A model generated the notes under the pieces. That model did not search any database, was not told where the DNA came from, and saw nothing but the letters and a program-made list of their open reading frames with translations. From contig OZ037765.1 in the NCBI GenBank assembly GCA_964035545.1, forward strand, positions 29,201,504 to 29,265,503: a stretch of 64,000 nucleotides of DNA. The letters are read 5' to 3'. Source of the DNA: Bugula neritina. Lineage: Eukaryota > Animalia > Bryozoa. Below, one piece after another: positions 30,001 through 42,200 of the stretch. The translations under genes and the position numbers were made by a program. Positions within the stretch are counted from its first letter, which is position 1. Every line of letters starts with the position of its first letter.

Positions 30001-31388
30001 CAGTCTCATTACAGGTAAATTAGCATTGATTAAATTATTCATGCATGCACCTCCTAGAGTAACGTAACGATACTATTCAGTATACTCAAAACTTGTGAAT
30101 TGGCAAATACTGCGAAACCAGCTAAGGTTTTTTTGCTCTATTTTACCTTAATTATCTTGATATTAAATTTTGCATTTTATATTTAATCCCTACAACAATG
30201 GCAATTTTAGTTTGAATTTAAAAACATCTTTTTTATTTTGAAAATTAAAGGCATGATTGCATAATAGTTTTTTATTCATAAACTAAACTCTTTTATGTCT
30301 CTAAAAATATTATGTATTGGAAATTGCAACAGTGTAAAATAACCAAGCTTGTAATTAATCAATCAATCAATTATAGAATGATCTAAAGTTCAAAAATTGT
30401 AAGCTCATAGGCTAACAGCAATTTTTTGTTCGTAAGTAAAGTTAACCATCTTTTAACTGTGACATGAGTCATTCTGTGTTACAGATCTGGAATCAAAACG
30501 ATGTTTGACTTTTCCTATACATGGGTTGGACCTTTTGGTTTACTTGTCAACATCATAACTTCGGTGATATTTGGTTACATTTTCAGTAAGTGCTTACAAC
30601 TACTTTAGCTTGACAAAATGTATATCAGTGTGTCTGTATGCAGATAGACAAGGCAGGTCAGTATGAAATATAACTGGCAAAAAAATTTTAAGCTGCAAAC
30701 CTAAAAATAGTTTCTAGAATCTCAAATCTTCTGTGAACCATTAAAGATTAGAACTAATATATAATGTATTTATATGAAAAAGTAAAAATCGCTGCTTAAA
30801 GCATTATTTTATTTTCAGCCTAGGAATGGAACACAACTATACTGAACAATAAATTAAATACCACGCATACTGATAAGTATTTTTTATTTTCAGCTAAGAA
30901 AGATGACCCTCGCATTCCTAAAAGACTGCTGTCACCATTTCTTCTAAACAGATGCTGTCTTTTACCAAAGTCATGGAGAGACAGAATTGACTTTGAAGAC
31001 TCCGATATACAGGTGTGTTCCCATGTATACATGTTATTTGGTTTAAGTTGTTGGAGTATAATGTTTATATTTTGCTATTATAGGCATAACAAAGGTGATT
31101 TGTTAAAATTTTAATAATCACACCAACATGGTCTTAATGCCTTGAGATCGATCTGAGTTTGATCTCCACAGACCGACCAGCTCAGATCGACTGAGATCGG
31201 TCTTTGGCGTCTTTCCATGGATCGATCTTAGCGAGATCCATGGAAAGCCGGTGAATGTCTGTAAAACACGTATCCACTCAGAATATGTGTTACAGCTTGG
31301 GGATGAAAAAGATGAAGTCGCTAGCCAAGACAACAATGGCTTTTCAACTGATGATCCAATAGATTTGAAAACTGATACGAAATTTTAG
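21057..31388 (+). CDS. SLC5 sodium:solute symporter, SMCT/NIS/SMVT-like, tandem copy 3; 15 exons, about 609 aa
   Basis: Exons 21057-21235, 25305-25464, 25833-25898, 26310-26361, 26540-26607, 27193-27347, 27676-27828, 27988-28117, 28456-28544, 29197-29380, 29628-29745, 29852-30014, 30485-30585, 30894-31012, 31296-31388. In frame; intron 1 expanded to about 4 kb. Ends DTKF*. Confidence 0.92.
24320..24480 (+). mobile_element. Degenerate Ty1/copia RNase H fragment (intron 1 of copy 3)
   Basis: With stops and frameshifts reads LAGYADSD*...TGYVNILGGALNSWKT*KQSTV...AEYMAI, matching the copia RNase H pattern GY.DSDW...STTGY....GG..SW.SKKQ..VA.S..EAEY.A. The remnant may extend further on both sides. 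Confidence 0.75.
26075..26175. repeat. AT-rich minisatellite, unit about 18 bp
   Basis: AATTGTTAATTTA(G/A)TGTT units. Confidence 0.8.
31120..31256. repeat. GC-richer insertion with GATC-rich subrepeats and an internal hairpin; likely TE fragment
   Basis: Repeated GAGATCG/GATC words; 13-bp stem CTTTCCATGGATC...GATCCATGGAAAG at about 31211-31247; absent from the homologous intron 14 of copy 2. Confidence 0.5.
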
Positions 31389-32319
31389 CTAAAGCAGAAG
31401 CTCCATAATTATACAAACTTAGTTATTTTTATTACCTACTATTATAATGTAATAATACAGCACATAAATTTCTATTTACTATTTAGCTAAAATCTCAGTC
31501 TTAAATTTGAATTACCAATACAATGCAATTATATCTTTATTATATAATTTAATTAATTGAATTTCGTAAGAAGATTACCTAACTTTGTTGTAAGACGACA
31601 GTTTAAAATTTGTAACACAAACTTACATAAGGAGTTTGCTGCTCTTTGTATTTAGTATTTAAGTACTAAAGCCTGGAGAATAAAGATAATGATTTAGTAA
31701 TATTGAAATCTTTTTATGTCACTATTTTAGATTTATAACTCAAAACTAACACCTAAAGCAGTGAGGGAAATCATCTTTGCAAACTAGTGCTATACTATTA
31801 CCTATACCATAGTGCCATTTATTAAAAATTTCTAAAGATTTTACAAGGGACAGTTGTTATAAATCTATTCAATAAATTTTTTTGCTAAAGCAATATAACC
31901 TCATATGGTGAAATATTATAATTTTTTTATTCACATCTTGAATAACACCTAAACTTGCAGCATAGCATCTTTAAACCGATGGATGCTAACGTAATGGTTG
32001 AGAAAAGCTTGCATCCTGTAGCAAACCAAAGTTTTTGACAAAACATTGAAACCACTTATAAGACTAATAAAACCTTTTTGTTACTGCAAATATAAGTGCA
32101 TGGATTAGTGAGTTTAGCTTAGAAAATACTCAGTTTTCAGTTGTTTTCCCCATTTGTGTCTTCAAGTCTGAGCTTGTCTAAACTTGATGGCTCAGCAGTA
32201 AAATAATTTTTTTAAATAATAATACATTCATTTCCAGTGTTGATAGCCAGATTTGCTTTGCTTTTAAAATTCTTCTCCATACAAACCTTAATATTATTAT
32301 TGTATTTTATTTACTGTCG

Positions 32320-34375
32320 TTTTGAAAAAGTCTCACAGCTTCCTGTTGAATTACGTGACTAAATAAGTTATCTCCTTCCTCACAAGTACAGCACTCGGAA
32401 TAGAAAAGCTGAATGTTTCATTGAAGTAGGCTTACGGAACAACATAAAAGAGATTTCTACAACATAAAATTTTGCGGCTTGCTCAAACTGGTGATCTATG
32501 TAGCACATTACTGATATCTGGTGTCCATGATTTCCCCATCCGTCTTACAAGATGGTGCCAGCATTTTTTAAAGTGAATCCTAATCGCTCTTTGATGAATA
32601 ACAACTTTTATAATGGCAGAATGAGTAGTATAAAACTCAAATGGATTTACAACGGAAAGTCTAGTTCCTTATTCAATGCTTTGATTACTCACAAATAAAA
32701 AAACTATCCATTCTCAAAAGTTGCTAGCTGTAAAATAATTGCCCCCACCAGGTTTCAAACCACAGACCTCCGGCTTGCAAGCAGGCGCGCTAAATCATTA
32801 CATCACAGAGGCTGCTGGGTTATAACTCAACACTAGATCTACTAATAATAAAGCAAAGTTATACCACAACAGCTCTGAGATATCACCAAATCTATTCATT
32901 TAGCAGAGTAATATTAATATGTAGTTTGTTCAGGGAAGGTAACTCTCGTATTAATTGTTATATCAAAAGTTTAACATAATGTGTTAATTTCATGCATCCA
33001 CTTTCAGTCATTTAGTTGTATTTTGAATTCTAAAAAGTTAATAGTTGAGAAAAACTATAAACTTAGCTTTGGTGAAATCTAAACAAGATTTAAAAAATTT
33101 AAATCATAAATTCTTGAAGTAAAATTACACAAGAAAATTTTCTCATCAGTCAGATTCTGGTTTACAGTGTACTTGGAAAAAGTTAGATTTTAGAAATTTC
33201 TATTGTCAAAATTTTATGCACATATATTTTAATTTCTGATTAAATTAATTTGCTTTATTGAAAAGGCTAAATATTAAATTTTAATTTCAAGATAACAAGA
33301 CAAGTAAAATTTCCTATTGAGAGAATAATGGCTGGATAAGTGAGGAACTAGTAACAGTGAAATCAAATATTATCATCACAAGATCACCTACACTAACTTA
33401 CAGCAACCTAAAAACAGTCATGAGTATTTTTGATCAATAAAATAGCATCAGTCACGTCATAAGGTGTTTTGACACCCAACACTAGTGTACACGTCTAGGA
33501 GTACACTTGTATTAAAGATACATTAAATACTGCATTCATTTGTAATACCCTGTTTTATTTGCCAAAAAATTATCAATTGTACAGCCATTCAAAATAATTC
33601 CTTGCCTTCTCTAAAGTCAAAGCAGCTAAAACACCTCAAAAATTCTAAACTTGTATACAATAGCCCTTTTAAAAGCTCTTTGGATATAGTAGAAATGTTG
33701 AATGTCTGCTACACGCCTATAGTAGTTTGGCTACATGCCAAGTAATTAAACTAGTTATTTAAGCTGTCCTTTTATTACAACGTCGCCTTACTGTAATTTG
33801 TCCTCTTTAGATTACCAAACTTTCACTTCTTACCAGAGGCAAAGTTTCACTATAGCAAGACTCACATTGATCTACGTAATAATGCCCTCATGATAAGATT
33901 TTCAAAGGTTGCAGAGTTTAGGAGATGGTTGCACTCAAAGCCAGCACGAATAGAAAGACATTTTATATACTTTTGATGACTGCTTGTTTCGTCCATACAG
34001 CTAATGGTGTATATCTGGTCTCAAACCCCGCTGCCATTGAAGAAACTACACCCATCATAAACCATAGTTAACAGACCAGCAGCGCCATGTCCAAGTCTTA
34101 GTAAGGAAAGCAGCAAATGGAAATTTCCAATACTATTTTGATAACTTTTTATTTGGCAAACTATCAACTCTCAAAGATTATAATTGGCTATAACTGATCT
34201 TAAAGAGATTTCCCAAGAACAAGCAAAGAGAAACGAATGGTTTAAATACACAATGTACTAGATTGAGTGGGTAAACCTGTCTACATGTTGTGAAGTTTTC
34301 TGTTGCAAAACTTGGCATAGTTAAAGACACCTTTGCCACAAAAATATGCAGAGCTCATGTAGACTTTGGAGCTGG
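32320..34375 (-). mobile_element. Possible highly degenerate P-element/THAP9-like transposase remnant
   Basis: Colinear minus-strand peptide fragments SSKVY (about 34370), LTMPSFAT (about 34310), YWKFPFAAFL (about 34120), ITWHVAKLL (about 33735) and YLVT*FNRKL*DFF (about 32345) recall P-transposase motifs SP..Y, LPS..T, WK.P.AY, I.W.H, YLLT.R.NQD.LE.FF. Found by eye only. Confidence 0.4.
32741..32845 (-). mobile_element. tRNA-like pseudogene or SINE head, family B (tRNA-Ala-TGC-like)
   Basis: Minus strand GCCTCTGTGATGTAAATGATTTAGCGCGCCTGCTTGCAAGCCGGAGGTCTGTGGTTTGAAACCTGGTGGGGGC: degenerate cloverleaf and B box; related to 6732-6840. Confidence 0.55.
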
Positions 34376-34839
34376 TAAAAATGTGAAAATCAGTTAGAAG
34401 AAAACATCCCTGCGTCTTATTTTATGCAAAGCTATGTTTTAGATTTTAGAAGAATTGTGGTATATAGCAAATTCTAATATATTTCAACATTAAGATTTAT
34501 CTACTGAAAAAGTGGTTATTAATGTCAATAAATATATTGATAAAGTGCTTCTCAATATCAGAACTGTTACAATCACTTAACTCCTCTTTCACACAGCTAA
34601 AGTTTAGCAAGCTTGCTGTTGCAGTATTATATTAGAGGGTACAGATATGGGACCCCTCTCCCACATCATTCTTTTAATAGAAATACATTTAACATTTGTT
34701 ACATTTGATGAGGCCTCCATTTGCATGATAATTCAAAGCTAAATTATATTCACCATAACCTGCCTACTATAGTTTAATATAAAACACATTTCATAGTTTT
34801 ACTATACGAGGTAGGTGTAGTAATGGAGAAATTGAAAAA

Positions 34840-35194
34840 AGCCTGTGTTCTAGATTAAGAATGTAGCAAAAGAAGTTATGTTCTCACAAAAAATTCAACC
34901 CTTGTCCCAAAACCAATTTCCAGCAATTAGAAAAACTTACCAATTACTAAAAGATTACTATATTGATTATATTATTCTTAATCTTGAAAAAGAAGTCGAG
35001 TTTTCTATTGGCTTAGAGGTTTATGGTTGATTAAGGAAAATGGAGAGCGTTGACGCAATACTTCTTCGACAGCAGAAGGTCATGTCAGCAGGCGGGTTTT
35101 ATACATTTAGGAGCAGCAATGGAAAAATTGAGATAGCCCAAGTTCTTTAAGAACATAACTTTTTTTGCTACATTTTCAATCTAGAACATAGGCT
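34840..35194. mobile_element. MITE with imperfect terminal inverted repeats of about 45 bp
   Basis: AGCCTGTGTTCTAGATTAAGAATGTAGCAAAAGAAGTTATGTTCT ... AGAACATAACTTTTTTTGCTACATTTTCAATCTAGAACATAGGCT; no clear target-site duplication. Confidence 0.75.
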
Positions 35195-36284
35195 CATTAA
35201 TAGAACACTTGCCTCATTTTATACTAGCTGAGTGGATAGTATATATCTATTGTACTCGAACATTGAGCTACCGTCTTTACAGTATAAGTTAATTGCAAAG
35301 ACTGTGGACAAAATAATCAGTCAACTTGCGATGGGAACACGGGTAAAACACTATAGTTGGCTGTTTTGTTTTTAGCAGTAACAACATTTTATACAAAATG
35401 TAATATTTACAAACATGAATAAATTTATATGTTGCATCATATCGTTACACATCAAGTATCCCAGCTTAGAGTTTCTAATGAATTAGCAACCAAAGCAAAA
35501 ACTAATTGTGCACCAAATACCGCCCTGCTAAAAATGACTCTGCAAAAGCATAATATGTTAAACAGTAGTCTGATGTTTCAAATTTTAAACACCTTGAAAA
35601 AAGTTTACATTCCAGTGTCAATAGCATTAGGACATAATTTAATATCAAATATGCTTAATATTGTATCAGAGCATCTATTCCACCTGTATCTCATTTTGCC
35701 AAAAGTATAGCTATAAAACGTGGTTGCAGCGCTTTTGGTTTGTCTGCTATGAAGTTTTTTGGTGTAATTTTACTTTACTAAGTCATCTCTTCTCTGTATA
35801 TGGAATGTGCCACATAATTTTAATTAACTTAATCAAGTGACAAGGATTCAGCAAGACATGCAAATATTATATTGTCATTATAAGGAATCAAGTTAAAAGT
35901 TTTCTTGCTAAATCATTCAATCATCTATATAAAGTCTAGAGTAGAGTCTAGACCTTTATACATTAGTCTAAAGTCTAAACTATCCTGCAATAAGTATTCA
36001 TAGTTAGCGCAATTGTAAAGTATAATAATATATCAACTATGAAAAATTTAAATGATGAAATCATAATAATAATATTGTTTAGGCAAGCATCAATGCTTGT
36101 GTTTACTGAGCCGTAACCTTTACGGGTGACAGATTACTAAACACTGAAAAGCTATAAGCCTACATGCACTGCATGCAGACAATCTCATCACCTTCAACTA
36201 TAATACGGCCAGCAGAACGCGAAATTCTCACTTTAGAGTGAACACCCGCAGTGTGTACATTACTGAAATATAAGAGTGGTGAAA

Positions 36285-39200
36285 ATGGAGCAGCTATATT
36301 TCAGATGGCCAGATTATGTGGTTCTATGCATAATTTTAGCCTTGTCAGCTGTGATAGGTTTTTATTACGCCTTTACGGGGAACAGACAGAGCACTACTAA
36401 AGAATATTTGTTAGCAGGAAAAAAAATGCACTGGTTTCCAGTAGCATGTAGCCTGGTAGCGAGGTACGTTATTTCATACGTTATTTAACCGAATCTACTA
36501 TTAGGCAAAACCCGGTGTGTCTAAATCTTTTTGCAGTTATTACTAATTTGTGAATAAACACATTATATCTGATAAAATAATATCAGTTGTTGAAATGAGT
36601 TTACAGTTATACTAATAATCGCAAATTTGTTCACCTTTCACCTTTTCAAATAAAGAAACTAATTAAGCTTTGTAACGAATACCTTTGATTTAATTACGAT
36701 ATCCAAGTTAAACAAACATAAATTAAAAACTTAGTAAAATTACATAATGTGTTTAAATTATAATAATATTGCTATAAATAAGTAAGCATAAAATTTGCAG
36801 TGAAATGAAACAAACAATTTTCATTGTTCAATGTATAATTTGTAGTTTCAATAAAACTCAAGTAAGTAATAATTAAGTCTAATATTTATGAGAATTTTTT
36901 ATTTATTTGCCAGGAATAATAAATGAGAATATTTTTTAGCCAGCTTTAACATATTATTGTCATATTATTTGGTCTCCTTTTATAATATTGAGCTCACTAA
37001 AAATATATATTCATTTTGACTTAGGTAAGAATTTTGATTTGAGTGAGATTGCTTAATCATTAAGAATTTTTTTCATAATGGTAGTCGCTAGAAACAATTC
37101 AACATTTAGAAAAAAACTGCATTTTTCCTGGGACCTTCAGACTTCTTGATGATTTGTTTTTCTGCCCTGTAAAAATTTATTAATTATCTGCCCTGCTATC
37201 GAGACATTTCTGTGGCTCTTGCTGCCAGTTTTTCTAGAAAATTATTTTTTGCAACTTTTTTTATTAAACTGAATTTGCCTTCTACCTCCTGATATCTCTA
37301 TGTGATAATTATTGATAGGACAATCATTTTATATTTTTAGTTTTGTGAGTTCTACGACATTGATTGGGCTACCTGGAGAGGTGTACACGTTTGGTACTAT
37401 TATACTCTACAGTTTCTTTTTCAAACCCTTTGGTGTTCTCATTGCTGTAAAACTGTTTCTACCCATCTATGCAAGGCTTGGTGGTATGAGTATGTTTAGA
37501 GTAAGTTCCTAAAATAACTACAGCAATTCTTATAGCCCTTTTCAAACACAGAGGAAGCTATGAATGTTTTGTTTGCTTTTTTGTAAACAATATGCCAAAA
37601 CTGAAAATTATTATATTGTTTAATTTAGCCAATTTACACCAAATATGTAAAATGATATTAAACCCAGAGAGTTGAGGTCAGTATAATGATATGGGTTTCT
37701 TGTGAGTTTATGTAATATGATGCCATATATTATCTTGTATATCATGTTTGCTTGTTGTTATTTGCAGTAGTTCGTGATTTTCTTTTCGCTGCGTAGATCA
37801 AAACAAACTATTCAGTGTCGCCCTATGCAATTCTGATTTGTGCAATTGATCAGAGTTGATAAGAGTGTACAAGTTGTTGACTATAAGCAGATAAGAAAGA
37901 CTTGTTCAGGCACCTGTGCAACTCACCTGTTATTAGAGCAATGCCAACAGCCAACACTTATGCCAAAGATAGCTGTTCTTTATTCCAAGGGCCTCAGTTC
38001 AAAGCTCCATCTTTGTTTTGATAAAAAAGATCTTTCCATTTATTTGTTTTGTTGATATTTGAAATGTTTGGTCCCATATTGCATGTTATACAGTAAACAT
38101 CAATGTGAAAGTACATACATGTATATATTTAATTTACTTCTTCATAACCATTGATTTTTCAGTGTGTTCTAATGATTATCTTAAAGTTTACTTACAATTC
38201 CATTCAGTAAAAAAATATTTAGCCACACCTCTGAATATTGGTGATAGTCATTTCTGCTTTATATTTTAGTATATTGAAAAAAGATTTGGTCGAGTAGTAA
38301 AGTATTTGATGCTGATCATTGCACTCTTGCAAGGGGTAAGCTTTTCTAAGAAACAGTAGATCTAAAGTTAATTTTCTACATTTTTAGCATCAAAATGCAT
38401 AAACTTGACTTGAAGCTGTGCCATAATTAATTATATCTTAGCTGTAGGACATATGAATGCATAAAGTGAGTGTGGTATAGCTCATGGCTCATGTTATCAA
38501 ATATCTTCAAGTTTTGAATGGTGTCTAGAAATGTGAATAGAAGACTAATCTGTATTGTTCTTGTGTCCAACAAAAACATTAGCTGGATAAAACTGATGAT
38601 TCTGGCTCACTATGACAGTACTGTCAGACTGAGCATATAATATATCACATGCCAACTGGAAGTTGATACAAGTCTTTCTGCTGAAGATGTTGTAATACTA
38701 GAGCCGGTTGGCTGATGTCATGTGGGCCTTAGCTTCATGTTACAAAATGTGTTATTTTATTACATCAAATAAGCTTTGAATGCAAAAAAGTACAATTTCT
38801 AATAATTAGATAATTGACATAATTAAACTTGATATTAATTGTGTTTATTTTCTAGAAGATATAACTTTACAGTAAAATAAGCTGCCCATATGGTGTTCAT
38901 AAGGGAGTTTATTAAATTTATGTATGCATGATACTTATTACTTATAATAATATGCATCAAGTCTTCTAGCCTAGCTGACATATAAGATTGCCAAGTTTCC
39001 TAACTTTTAGTGACAAGCATCGTCTTAGCTGCACTATTTTATTCATTACTGATGGCACTATACCCTTTTACCCTTTTACCTTTATACCCTTTTAAAAACT
39101 CTTCTACCCAGCTTGGTTATCAGCAGCACACCTGTGAAATTTTCAAAGTTTGCCTGTTGCTTTAAATTAGGCTATGCTACATAATTGTTCTTCTAGAAGA

Positions 39201-42200
39201 TAAAAATTCATATAGTACAACGAATACTCTTATCTTATACACTTTGCAAAAACTATTTCAGTTAGTGAATATTGAAATATAGAAACTTGCTTGGGAGCAT
39301 AATTTATGCTATTTATTTGGTGAGCAAAGTTACAATGACAACTCGTTAACCATTATATGTCAGTCTGATTATTTATATTGTAATTTGACAGTTCACTAGC
39401 CAACCAATATATAGAGGGTGTGGGTTTGAGTATTTTACCTGAGATAGGCTTGTAACTTAGTACTATTGGGGAGTGCTAGTGGGAGCTCTGTTAGTACTGA
39501 TGGTAGCTGTTCACATATAAATAAGAAACCCCTGACCACTAGTTCAAGGTCGTTTAGGATGATTATATTGAGAAAACGTACTCACTAAGTGCATTGATGA
39601 CTTATTTCATGATTTTACACTTTAAACTTTTCTGCATTCTGTATTTGTAAACTAGATAGCCTATGTTTTTCGATACTTGAAACATTCAATTAGCAGAAAA
39701 ATTTTAAAAGTTTAATATCAAGTCAATCTATAGAACTATTTGTACTGAAATCTATTTTAAAGCTTTTAGATGTTAAATGTTTACTCAAATGCTATGCTGA
39801 ACTATTTACTTTCTAAAAAAGCACTTCTATAGCCTAGTTTGGATGTTACTGGAAAACTTGGAAAACTAGGTTAAACGATATAGCAGCATAGTGGACATAA
39901 CTCTTAACTAAAGTGAACAATAGGGTAACTTGTTGCTTTTTAAATTTCCTACAGTCTGACTATATTACATGATATTAATATATTTTTGTCAGAGTAGCTG
40001 GAAGTTGGATTACGGAATGAAAATGTAGTTATTCCAAAAATATACGTTGCTTAAAGTACAGTCTGCCATAGAAAAGACATTTTAATTAAGACTTATAACA
40101 TGCTAAAACTATTCAAAGTTTCAGTTTTATTTATTCTGCATCTGATCTATAAACTGCAACCTAAATGATAAAACAAAAAATTAAAATTCGAAGTTGCAGA
40201 TGTTATTTAATTACTCATGTTTGATTTTACGTGAATGTTTTGCTCAATTGCACTTCAAGTAAACAATATTTTATGTCATTTTAGTTGGTCTTTGGTTCTT
40301 TGGTGGTGTACGGCCCAGCTCTCTCTATCTCAGCAGGTAAACATGATATCAGTTGATGCAGACTTACATAATAATTATATTGGTATATCATTTACATAAA
40401 CCTTTGATTATTAAAATGTTTTTATATTCTAGTGACTGGAGTAAACATATGGCTGGCAGTATTGTCTGTGACATTGATTTCAATACTCTACACAGTGCTG
40501 GTTAGTCTTCATATAGCCATATATATACTTTACACTGTCAGCACTGCAACCCTGTTAATAGATGATCTAATCTGTTTATACTAATGCCTATAATATTAAA
40601 AATAAGGCAACAAAATATTTGTCAATAAAATAGTTTATTGGCTGAAAAGCTTTTCAATTTTGTTGCGAAAAAGAAGTTTTAGTTTTTTTATATTCCCATT
40701 TGGCTTGGCAAGATTTATTTGACAAAACAAAAGAGTTATAAGATTAGATTTCACTAATTCTACTCAAATATTTCCCAAATGCCGAGATTGTTTTTTGACT
40801 CGCACCAAAAATAGTAAGGCAGCTGTCAAAGTGACATTTTCCAACACTTTTGAATACAAATATTGAGTCACGGTAAATGCCCAATTAATTGAAATGTGGA
40901 TCCTTGTGCAAACATTTATGTGTAGGAACACAACAGAATATTATCAAAACTACTGACAGCCAAACTTGTTGGTTGCTCAGTTTGTGCCGATATAGTGGAA
41001 GTAAATTTGCCCTGATTTTTAATATGGATTATGCAATTATTATGTAAATAAATCACACTTAACCATCATCAGAGCTGCGTTGATCAAAGAGAACAATTAT
41101 AGTTACCAGCATGAAGTAAGAAAGTTGCTGATACATCTGGTTTGCTTTGCTCGAAGAGTTCAAACTAGCGAGCTATCAATATGCTTATTGCAAACCAGTA
41201 ATTCAAATAACTTTAGATGTGTTAATGTTACAGCAGGCTAGAGTTTCATAAGAGCCCTTTAGTCTTTTTGTAAATTATCAGAGTTAAATAGCAGTTTGAT
41301 AAAAGCGTTACTTCTAAAATATCTTCTCAGCAAAACCCAAGCCTTATGACAAAGAAAGCTTTCTAACATCTGTACAACTTCTATAGAATATATATTAACA
41401 TTTAGCATTACGAATACTTCATAACCTTCAGTAAAATCTTCTTTTATTTTTCGAAGTTGTTAACAGTTACTAAGCACTGTGATTTTATTAGACTCCAAAT
41501 AATAATGCTATGATGTAATATAGTCTGCAGTCTTGAAATATAAACTTGAAAGCTTTTACTATAAATAATTTTATGTAACATAAAGAATAAATTGAAGCAT
41601 AATCTGAATTTACATTTAGAAATCACATACAAATTATATTTTATTTATTCTAAAAACAAACTTGTATTTTCAGGGTGGACTAAAAGCTGTTATGTGGACA
41701 GATACCCTTCAGCTACTCATTATGATAGGTGGTGTGTTTGTTGTTCTCATCTATGGAACTATTAAGGCTGGGGGAATCGGGGTGATCTGGGAAGCCAGCC
41801 GTCAAAGTGGTCGCCTGGACATGCTAGAGTGAGAAATTTTTTAACCATCTTGAGGTTTTTAAACTTTGTTAAAAGATATGAACTTTTTATATTCTTTCAA
41901 TATTTAATTATTTAAGCATCGACTAGACCCAAGATTACTAAATATTATATTTATAAACCAGTTAGTTGATTACGAGAGAGCAATAACATTTTTAGCCAGT
42001 TGCAGATCTAAAGGTTTTGTAGGTTGACCTAATAGAGTACATAGAATGTGTTGGGGAATTTAAATAAAGCTTTTCAAAGTTTATCAGCTTTAAAATCATG
42101 AAATTTAGCAATAGCTCTTTTAATAGCAAATGCCCTAAACATCGAAATTGAAATACTTTAGAGCAAAAAAGGTGTTTGAAGTTGACCCAAGAGCTAGGCA

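Noticed and set aside
32741-32815. Functional tRNA-Ala gene
   Set aside because: Mismatched stems and degenerate boxes; treated as pseudogene or SINE head.
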